This document shows positions 9,462 through 17,580 of a DNA stretch of 64,000 bases, piece by piece. A program made the position numbers and the translations under genes. Each line of letters starts with the position of its first letter. The first letter of the stretch is position 1. The notes under the pieces were generated by a model. It was given only the letters and a program-made list of their open reading frames with translations. It was not told the DNA's origin and ran no database searches. This DNA is from Nitrospirota bacterium (GTDB taxonomy: Bacteria > Nitrospirota > UBA9217), in assembly GCA_963754875.1 (NCBI GenBank), contig CAVWHO010000014.1, positions 96,001 to 160,000 of the forward strand, read 5' to 3'.

Positions 9462-11555
9462 ATGCCGGAAGATATAAAACAATCCGATACGCTGTCACCT
9501 GAAGTCCAAGAGGTGATGCGCAGTCTGATCACAGCCATGAGGGCAGTTAAACTCTATCCGCCCAACAACCCCATCTATTCCCAAACCGTTAAGAAAGCCC
9601 ATGAAGTACTTGCCCGATTTCTTGAGGCCACACCGGAATACAACGTCGGTGTCCAAAAGACCTTTTTCACCTATATGCACACGCCGGTTGGAAAAGACGC
9701 GCAGTTGAACAAGGCCATCGCCCAGGACCTTTTCACAAAGGGGATAAGGCACATTACCTTTCGCGGAGGGGTGACGGAAAAAGAAACACTGGAGTTGTTC
9801 CAGGCACTCGCTCTATCCATGGAAGAGATGGCAATGAAAAGCGGCATCTCCTCTATCCTCTGGGAAAAGGATGTGACCAATATCAAGGTCATCGAAGCGG
9901 GACTCGACGAGGTCATCACGACAAAAACCGGGGGCGCACTGGTCGAGCTGGACCCCAGAACGACCCGGACCGACGAGAACGATCCAGAATCTGCGGCGAA
10001 AGCTGCGGCACTTCCCGGCCGTACCCTCATTCTGGGCGACCTTCTGACGGATCCTGCCTCGTTCGGCGCGGGGCTGGTAGCGCTTGCGAAACAGACGCAT
10101 GGCGAGCACGAAACCGTTGAAGACCGCCTCCTTGCTCTGTATCAGGAAGCAGGACGTAAGATACAGGAGGGCAGTCCGGAACAGCAGGATAGACTGTTCT
10201 CCGGCCTGGCACAGTCGGCCCTGTCCCTTCAATCGCCTTACCGCGAAACATTAATCGCCGGAAAACTGTATGCTAATATGGACTCTGAAAACGTCGAAGA
10301 GCGAAAAACGGAACTTGCAGAGGAATTGCCGAATGAGTATCACGAGATCCTGACCGGACGGTTCTCGGATGCATGGACCGTTCAGCAGGTGGCAGTGCTT
10401 TTGAGGAGGACGGCGGTGACAAAGAAAACATCCCCGCCTGTGCCGGTTTCTTCCCCCTCCGCACTGACCGCTGTGCCATTCCCTCCTGATATCCTCGAAC
10501 TTGTGAGAGAAATGGCGGAGTACACATCGGAGGAGATGGAAACACTCAAGGCCATGAGCGGCGTTGGCATGGAGTCGGACATTATCGAGGCCTCGGTCCA
10601 CACCCTGATTTCTCTTATTCCCCTTCTGAAAGACCCTCGCCATGAGAAACCCGATGACGAAGAAATTACCCTGTTCTCGACTGTCATTCAACAGCTCGAA
10701 GAGATGCTGAGCTATCTTTTGAGCAAGAAAAATTACGGAGCCGCCTTGCTCATTTCCAACGTCTTCCATATGTCCGTGGACCCCGCCTTTATGCCGCGGC
10801 TGGCGGAGGCGCTCAATAAATCATCTTCCAAAAAGTTCATCACCTCAACGATCAACTACTTGAGAAATCAGGCCAAGGGATCCCCGGAATATACCTCCGC
10901 TTATTCCTACTTGTCCGCAATGGAAAGGGAAGCCACGGCAGTCCTGTTGGAACTTCTGGCAACCGATACAGACAAGACATCGCGCATTGCTCTTCTCGAT
11001 TTAGTGAAGGAGATCGGCAAAAACCAGATCGCGATGCTTGGCGAATACCTCTCCGATGACCGCTGGTACCTTGTCCGTAATATCGTGAATGTTCTCGGTG
11101 AAACCAAGGGAGAACAGGCCCTTGTCTTTCTGCAGAAAGCAGCCGACCACAAAAATGTGAAGATACGGCAGGAAGTTGCCAAGGGCCTGATCTCCATCGG
11201 AGGGAAGAAGGCCGCCGGCATCCTGGCAAGGTTCTTAAATGACAGGGACGATTCCCTCAGGGTGATGGCAATCCATGGATTCGCCGAAATCAAGGGCATC
11301 AGTGCGGAGGACACGAAACCCCTGATCGAGTACCTGCAGGATCGTCCTATCAACAGCAAGGAGCATGAGTTTACCCTGGAGGCGATCAGGGCTCTGGGAA
11401 AGGTCGGGGGCCCCGCTGCCGAGGCCGTACTCACAGGGTATACTCGAGTCCGGTGGTGGAAACCGCGGAAGATCCAGGTAGAACTTCGGGCTGCGGCAAA
11501 GCGGGCCATGCTTGAAATCACGAGGAGGCGGGGAGATGGCGGATCAGAAAAATGA
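9462..11555 (+). CDS. HEAT-repeat protein
   Basis: C-terminal HEAT repeats (DDRWYLVRNIVNVLG, IRQEVAKGL, AIRALGKVG); N-terminal LYPPNNP domain. Confidence 0.85.
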   Translation: MPEDIKQSDTLSPEVQEVMRSLITAMRAVKLYPPNNPIYSQTVKKAHEVLARFLEATPEYNVGVQKTFFTYMHTPVGKDAQLNKAIAQDLFTKGIRHITFRGGVTEKETLELFQALALSMEEMAMKSGISSILWEKDVTNIKVIEAGLDEVITTKTGGALVELDPRTTRTDENDPESAAKAAALPGRTLILGDLLTDPASFGAGLVALAKQTHGEHETVEDRLLALYQEAGRKIQEGSPEQQDRLFSGLAQSALSLQSPYRETLIAGKLYANMDSENVEERKTELAEELPNEYHEILTGRFSDAWTVQQVAVLLRRTAVTKKTSPPVPVSSPSALTAVPFPPDILELVREMAEYTSEEMETLKAMSGVGMESDIIEASVHTLISLIPLLKDPRHEKPDDEEITLFSTVIQQLEEMLSYLLSKKNYGAALLISNVFHMSVDPAFMPRLAEALNKSSSKKFITSTINYLRNQAKGSPEYTSAYSYLSAMEREATAVLLELLATDTDKTSRIALLDLVKEIGKNQIAMLGEYLSDDRWYLVRNIVNVLGETKGEQALVFLQKAADHKNVKIRQEVAKGLISIGGKKAAGILARFLNDRDDSLRVMAIHGFAEIKGISAEDTKPLIEYLQDRPINSKEHEFTLEAIRALGKVGGPAAEAVLTGYTRVRWWKPRKIQVELRAAAKRAMLEITRRRGDGGSEK

Positions 11556-12966
11556 TAGCCGTGGTGAGTCGCGGCAGTCCTTTTTCGCGAAGCAATTGCT
11601 GCTTGGCACGGCCAAGACCGCGTTTCAGCAGCTATCTGGTTTGCTGAAAAACGTGACCATTTATCCCGAATCTCACCCCTTCCTGCGCGCCCTGTCGGAA
11701 AAGTTTATCATTACGATCGAGGGCCTCTTGGTCGGACGGAAAGAGGTCGCGTTCTACATCGTATCCGGAGAATTATTTTTTGAGACCCACTCCGTTCCGC
11801 TCGACCAGAGCGTCGCATTGCTCATAGAGCATTTTACCAGCCGGGATGTCGGCGGGATATTTTTTAGACCGGGCCTTACTACTGCAGAACTCATAAGTCT
11901 GGCTGTTCTCATGAGCAAGGAGCCCGCGACACTTGCTGCCGAGGGCGGGCTTATCGAGATTGCCCGCCGTTCTAATATCACTCACATCGAACTTAACCGC
12001 GTGCTGCTTGTCGATAAGAGTACCGGCGGCGCCATTAAGGAAGGACAAAAAAGAGCGACCAAGTTGTTTCTGGATGCGATCGAATCGATAAAAGAGGTGG
12101 TCCAGAACGTTCACCGCGACAAAGCAATCGGCATGCGCAGGTTGAACACGGTCGTTCAAACGATGGTTGATAATATTATCGACAATCGTGACGCCCTCAT
12201 GGGCCTGACCAACCTCAAGATGTATGATGAATATACGTTTGCCCACTCGGTCAACACGTCCATTCTTGCCATTTCTCTCGGGACTTTCCTCTCATTCGAA
12301 AAACCCCAGATCGCCGCACTCGGCGTCGCCGCAATGCTGCACGATATCGGTAAAGTTCGCGTGCCGATCGAAATCATCAACAAGCCGGCCAAACTGTCGG
12401 ATGAGGAATGGAAGGCGGTCAAGCGCCATCCCGTCGATGGTGCGCTGATCGCATCGACTATTCCGGGTGTGACGAAGCTGGCGATGGTGGCGTCATTCGA
12501 ACATCATCTGCACGGGGCTTCGGGCTACCCGCACGTGGAGGTCCCTGTTCAGCCCCATCTGTTTTCGCAGATCGTTTCGCTGGCTGATTCCTACGAGGCC
12601 CTTACGGCGGCGCGTGTCTACTACAGCGTCCAGATGCCTCCGGATGAGGCGATCCGGATACTGATGAAAAAGCGGGGGATCGCGTTTAATCCGGTCCTCG
12701 TAAAGGCCTTTGTCAACATGATCGGGATCTTCCCTATCGGCACGCTCCTCAAACTATCAAGCGGTGAAGTCGGGCTTGTTCTGCATCAGACCCGTGATCT
12801 TATGCGTCCCCGGGTCCTGCTGCTTACGAAATTCGACGGTTCAGAAAAAGAGTCCGGTGTAGAAATCAGTCTTCTTGAAACAGCGGGCGGAAAGTATAAA
12901 CGGGACGTTGTTGGCACCATCAATCCTCACACTGCAAATATTAATATAAAAAAATATTTGGAATAG
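11536..12966 (+). CDS. HD-GYP domain protein (putative cyclic-dinucleotide phosphodiesterase)
   Basis: DEYTFAHSVN, LHDIGK, HHLHGASGYP, IGIFPIGTL; overlaps the HEAT gene stop. Confidence 0.9.
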   Translation: MADQKNDSRGESRQSFFAKQLLLGTAKTAFQQLSGLLKNVTIYPESHPFLRALSEKFIITIEGLLVGRKEVAFYIVSGELFFETHSVPLDQSVALLIEHFTSRDVGGIFFRPGLTTAELISLAVLMSKEPATLAAEGGLIEIARRSNITHIELNRVLLVDKSTGGAIKEGQKRATKLFLDAIESIKEVVQNVHRDKAIGMRRLNTVVQTMVDNIIDNRDALMGLTNLKMYDEYTFAHSVNTSILAISLGTFLSFEKPQIAALGVAAMLHDIGKVRVPIEIINKPAKLSDEEWKAVKRHPVDGALIASTIPGVTKLAMVASFEHHLHGASGYPHVEVPVQPHLFSQIVSLADSYEALTAARVYYSVQMPPDEAIRILMKKRGIAFNPVLVKAFVNMIGIFPIGTLLKLSSGEVGLVLHQTRDLMRPRVLLLTKFDGSEKESGVEISLLETAGGKYKRDVVGTINPHTANINIKKYLE

Positions 12967-13087
12967 CTCCCACGAGGCCATTCGCAGACCTTCACGGAAC
13001 TGACAGCCGGTCCACAGCGGAAGATCACGTAATCATAAACCTGGGCTGCACCCTTCCGTTGATTCTTCCAGCCGACCCGTTTCCGAC

Positions 13088-15622
13088 ATGCCTATAATCT
13101 CTTACCCCATAGACGCCATTCTGCCTAAACTGAAAGAAACGATCACTGCCAGCCCAGCGGTCGTTCTGCATGCTCCGCCCGGTGCAGGCAAAACAACCCG
13201 TGTCCCGCTCGCTCTGCTGGAGGCCGTCCCGCTTGAACAGGGCCGCATCGTAATCCTCGAGCCGCGCAGGATCGCCGCTGTTTCGGCTGCACGCTGGATG
13301 GCGAAAACAATCGGTGAAGAGGCGGGAGGTACCGTCGGCTATACCATCCGCTTTGATACGAGAACGTCCGAAAAGACCCGCATCGAAGTCGTAACCGAGG
13401 GGGTCCTTACCCGCCGCATTCAGTCCGATCCGGGCCTTGAAGGCACTGCCATGGTCATTTTCGACGAGTTCCACGAACGAAGCATCCACGCCGATCTTGC
13501 GCTTGCACTCTGCCTCGATGTCCGCAAAGGCCTTCGACCGGACCTTAAAATTCTGGTCATGTCCGCCACACTCGACCCCGGTCCCATTGCAAAGCTTCTG
13601 GGCAACGCACCGGTCATCACCTCCATCGGCAAGGCCTTTCCCGTAGAAGAGCGATATCTCGAGGACAAAGCCGGCATGCTGCCTGTGCGTGTTGCCAATG
13701 CGGTCAAGATCGCCCTGAAAGAGACGTATGGCGACATCCTCGTGTTCCTTCCCGGATCAGGAGAGATCAAGGCGTGCGTCAAGGCATTACAGGAAACACT
13801 GAACATCGGCAGTGACCGCATTGCCCTGCATGCGCTTTACGGGGACCTTCCGTTCGATGAACAGGAGCGCGCCATCATGCCGTCGAAAGACGCACGGAAG
13901 ATCGTGCTCGCCACGAACATTGCGGAAACAAGCCTTACGATCGAGGGCGTTCACGTTGTCATCGACAGCGGCCTGACGCGCATGCTCCGCTACGATCCAT
14001 CGACAGGGATGAACCGGCTCGTGACGGTGCCGGTCTCCCGGGCGTCGGCGGAACAGCGCAAGGGCAGGGCAGGACGGCTCGGACCCGGCGTGTGCTATCG
14101 ACTCTACGGAAGCCATGACCTTCACAGCATGCTGCCCTTTACGCAGCCGGAAATTTTGCTCTCCGATCTTGCCCAGCTCGTGCTGGAGCTCACCGTCTGG
14201 GGCGTTAAAGACGCGCGAGAACTTTCGTGGCTCGACAGGCCGCCTTCGGCGGCCTGGGATTCGGCGCTGCGGCTGCTGCAGGAACTTGGCGCCCTCGACA
14301 GATCGGGGTCCGTCACTGCCGTAGGGAGGGCAATCGCACGTTTTCCGCTGCACCCCCGGTTGGGACGCCTGATGATGCGTGCGAAGGAACTGGGCTGTCC
14401 AGGCCTCGGCGCGGACCTCGCCGCCATTCTTACCGAGCGGGACATTTTCCGGCACAGCGCAGCAGGCCGTAAGATCGACGATCCCGATATCCTGCAGCGG
14501 ATTGAATCGCTTCAGTGCTGGCGAACGGGAAAAGGAACGGACTCGCTCGCAGATCCGTCGGCGCTCCGCGCCGTGGAAAGGACTTCAAAACAGCTTGCGC
14601 GCCTGACAGCCGCGGCAGCGGAGAAGCCCCTTCGCGATACCATTGCTCCAGATGCGGTTTCCCGGCTGTTGCTCTCTGCTTTTCCTGATAGAATCTGCAA
14701 ACGACGTGAAGAAGGAGGGGGCCGTTTTATCCACGTCCAGGGGCGGGGAGTCCGTCTTTCCCCGGACAGTCACCTCGGCAGCAGCTCCTATCTCATAGCT
14801 GTTGCCGTCGATGCGGGCGAGAAAACGGAGGGGTTTGTGCACATTGCCGCAGCCGTGGACGAGGAACTCATCCGGAGCGAATGTGCGTCACGTATCGAGA
14901 CCATCAGAAGAGTGGAATGGGACAGGAAGGAGAACAGGATCAAAGCTGCTGTTGAAGAGCGGTATGGGGCGTTGCTCCTTTCGAAGCGGCCGTTCACCCC
15001 CACGGACGTCGAGGCCGCACCGATTCTCTGCGAAACCGTCAGGATGACCCCCGGCGTCCTGACCTTCAGCCGTGAGGCGCGCCAGTTTCAGGCAAGGGTC
15101 GGTTTGATGAAGAGGTCCTTTCCCGAGGAAACCTGGCCGGACCTTTCTGACGAAGAGCTGTTTCAACGTCCCGAGGAGTGGTTAGTGTCCTGGCTTGCAG
15201 GAATTCGCAGCGCACAGGGTTTGAGCGGGCTGAACGTCCTCCCGGCGCTCCGGGCCCGTCTTTCCGGGAAACAGCAGCGGCTCTTGGATGAGCGTGCACC
15301 TTTATCCATTACTGTTCCGAGCGGTTCCAACGTAGCGCTCGATTATACTTCAGGCGATCAGCCGGTACTTGCCGTCAAATTGCAGGAAATGTTTGGTCTT
15401 GCTGATACGCCCGCGATTGTCAACGGCCGGGTAAAAATAGTATTGCACCTGCTCTCGCCTGCCCGCAGACCGGTCCAGATCACCCAGGATTTGAAAGGAT
15501 TCTGGAACACGTCCTATCAAGAGGTTAAAAAAGATTTAAAGGGACGGTATCCGAAACATCCTTGGCCGGACGATCCCTGGAATGCCGTACCCACCCGCCG
15601 CACGAAGCCACGCGCTCGTTGA
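13088..15622 (+). CDS. hrpB: ATP-dependent helicase HrpB
   Basis: APPGAGKTT, DEFHER, SAT, ATNIAETSLT, QRKGRAGR, GRYPKHPWPDDP. Confidence 0.97.
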   Translation: MPIISYPIDAILPKLKETITASPAVVLHAPPGAGKTTRVPLALLEAVPLEQGRIVILEPRRIAAVSAARWMAKTIGEEAGGTVGYTIRFDTRTSEKTRIEVVTEGVLTRRIQSDPGLEGTAMVIFDEFHERSIHADLALALCLDVRKGLRPDLKILVMSATLDPGPIAKLLGNAPVITSIGKAFPVEERYLEDKAGMLPVRVANAVKIALKETYGDILVFLPGSGEIKACVKALQETLNIGSDRIALHALYGDLPFDEQERAIMPSKDARKIVLATNIAETSLTIEGVHVVIDSGLTRMLRYDPSTGMNRLVTVPVSRASAEQRKGRAGRLGPGVCYRLYGSHDLHSMLPFTQPEILLSDLAQLVLELTVWGVKDARELSWLDRPPSAAWDSALRLLQELGALDRSGSVTAVGRAIARFPLHPRLGRLMMRAKELGCPGLGADLAAILTERDIFRHSAAGRKIDDPDILQRIESLQCWRTGKGTDSLADPSALRAVERTSKQLARLTAAAAEKPLRDTIAPDAVSRLLLSAFPDRICKRREEGGGRFIHVQGRGVRLSPDSHLGSSSYLIAVAVDAGEKTEGFVHIAAAVDEELIRSECASRIETIRRVEWDRKENRIKAAVEERYGALLLSKRPFTPTDVEAAPILCETVRMTPGVLTFSREARQFQARVGLMKRSFPEETWPDLSDEELFQRPEEWLVSWLAGIRSAQGLSGLNVLPALRARLSGKQQRLLDERAPLSITVPSGSNVALDYTSGDQPVLAVKLQEMFGLADTPAIVNGRVKIVLHLLSPARRPVQITQDLKGFWNTSYQEVKKDLKGRYPKHPWPDDPWNAVPTRRTKPRAR

Positions 15623-15737
15623 ACGGAAAATTGCGGAACGCGGACCGGGGAAACGCAACAGGCAACACGTAACAGGATTGCTAGCACGAAAAGAGCAGCG
15701 GCGATGGCCCGGCTCCTCTCCGAAGCAAGTCTGTTCA

Positions 15738-16082
15738 CTATTGCGTGATATAGGTGTTTCGCGCCAGACTCGCAGTTTCAGTCAACGCTCTCTCCCCCCT
15801 GTTTACATAGTGCATTGCCGCGTCGTGCCGGTCGGCAAGTTTCCAAGCATGTTTGTAAAGGTGCCGGGGCTGCTTGACGATCACCCGGAACTTCCCCGCT
15901 TCATAGTCAATGGGCATGAACAGACCTGCTTCCTTCGCAAGAAGGTCCGCCTGAACAATCGCCCACTCACTACCCGTGGAAAATCCAATGCTCTGTCCGA
16001 TCGGGAAGCCGGCCGCAAAACCTGCCAGAAGCAATGCGGCAACTATTGTGATACGCTTTATGGTTTTTACGATAATATTCAT
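15738..16082 (-). CDS. Hypothetical membrane-anchored/secreted protein
   Basis: SD gaggag upstream; hydrophobic N-terminus; 114 aa. Confidence 0.75.
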   Translation of the reverse strand: MNIIVKTIKRITIVAALLLAGFAAGFPIGQSIGFSTGSEWAIVQADLLAKEAGLFMPIDYEAGKFRVIVKQPRHLYKHAWKLADRHDAAMHYVNRGERALTETASLARNTYITQ

Positions 16083-16191
16083 GTTTCCTCCTCACCTTCG
16101 GCCGTTCTGAAAAAAAATCAAGAGAACGTCTCGTAAGCAACCGAAGGACTTTCAATAGCACGCTGAATTTACTCTCGTTACACGATCTTAC

Positions 16192-16207
16192 AGCAAGAGT
16201 GCTGCCA
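16192..16207 (-). promoter_or_regulatory. Sigma54 (-24/-12) promoter for 15738-16082
   Basis: Minus strand TGGCAGCACTCTTGCT = GG-N10-GC. Confidence 0.6.
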
Positions 16208-16567
16208 GAATTAAAGGGTTGAAAAAAAGGAGTTAAACTGTCCGAATTGGTTTGAAGCTGAAGAGGAGTTCAATCTGAACAGGCCATTTTGAACTGCGCG
16301 GTTATTCTGAATTGCAACAGTTCAAACCTCCTCTGCGTCCTTCTTTTGCTCCAACTACACAAACTGAGTAAAAAAGTCGGAACGTAGTACATGACCATCC
16401 GTAGTACCGTCTTAGTTTGATTAAACGATAGGATTTTTCTAACTGACTCATGCACTGGGAGTGCCGTAGATAGAAAGAGGCGAGCGATTCGGCAGCGAAA
16501 GGAAAATTTAAAATAAGGTGCGGCTGAGATGCCGCACCTTGGAAGGGAAAATGATAACAATCCCATT

Positions 16568-16798
16568 CTAATCAAATTGAGAGAACATTCTCTGCAGCAT
16601 CAAAGCTTTATCGAGATCGTCATGCTCCAGTGCGCCGATCTTGACCAATATTTCGCCGAGCAGCTCCTTGGTGTATTTCTGGTGTTCAAGAGCCAAATCA
16701 AGGTCCTGAGGAATAATAACATCGTCGGCGAGTAGAAGAGCACCGAGTGGAACCTTTTCCTTGCTGTTTTTTACCACCATTGCTGCCAGGTCCATCAT
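16568..16798 (-). CDS. Stand-alone MshEN/GspE-N-like small protein
   Basis: Two tandem xLGxxLLxxxxIxxxxLxxALxxQ motifs; SD aaaggggg. Confidence 0.75.
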   Translation of the reverse strand: MMDLAAMVVKNSKEKVPLGALLLADDVIIPQDLDLALEHQKYTKELLGEILVKIGALEHDDLDKALMLQRMFSQFD

Positions 16799-17580
16799 AC
16801 TAGCCCCCTTTTGTCATCCTTGCTATAAGTAGAATTTTGTAAAAATATCAGACAATTTTTTATTGATATAAACACATTATACTGTATTTTTTTTATTTGT
16901 CAAGTAAATTTAGTAAAAACTATAATTAATTGTTATAAAGAGTGAATGCTTATATGCCATTGATAAATTGTATCTTTTACTGGTATCATGTAAGACTGTA
17001 TCGTAATATATTTTAAAAAGCCCGCCAAGGATTACCTGTTCTCTCGGGAAACGTCATGTTGAAGCCCTGAACCGCCAATCGTGCTTGTTTCTCTTTTTTC
17101 CTGAGAGCTGTAAATCCTGTACCGAAGTTGGAAGCATGTTGCGGCCGATCTGGCACGTCGTATTGGTAACTCAGCCGCTTCGTTTCTTGCATAACAATAA
17201 TTAATTTATTTTTTTTCGTTAATTCCTGTTATTGTTGCGGGCCTTTGCAATTAGTCTTATAAAAACAATTACCAAGATATCGCAAATCATGAATTCTATC
17301 TCCCCCAAAACTCTTGCCTTTTTCAAATTAGTGTAGTACGTTATGATTACGAAAGGGCTATTGAGAGCTCTTTTGCTCCTCTGGTCTGTCACTGCCTTAT
17401 TTTTTTGGCTTCAATTACGCAGGCAATTCCCTATGCATGACATAATAAATATTTGCCGGGCACCCGCTCTTTCCTGAACGTGTGCTCTCCTATGCGAGTC
17501 GGCACTTTGCGATAATTCGAGACCCACCACCGAGAGGCACACGTTAGCGTCGTCTGCAGAATTTCAATGGAAGAGGCACT

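Noticed and set aside
17151..17168. TGGCACG sigma54-like sites here and at 24761-24777 and 33812-33826
   Set aside because: No GC at the GG-N10 position
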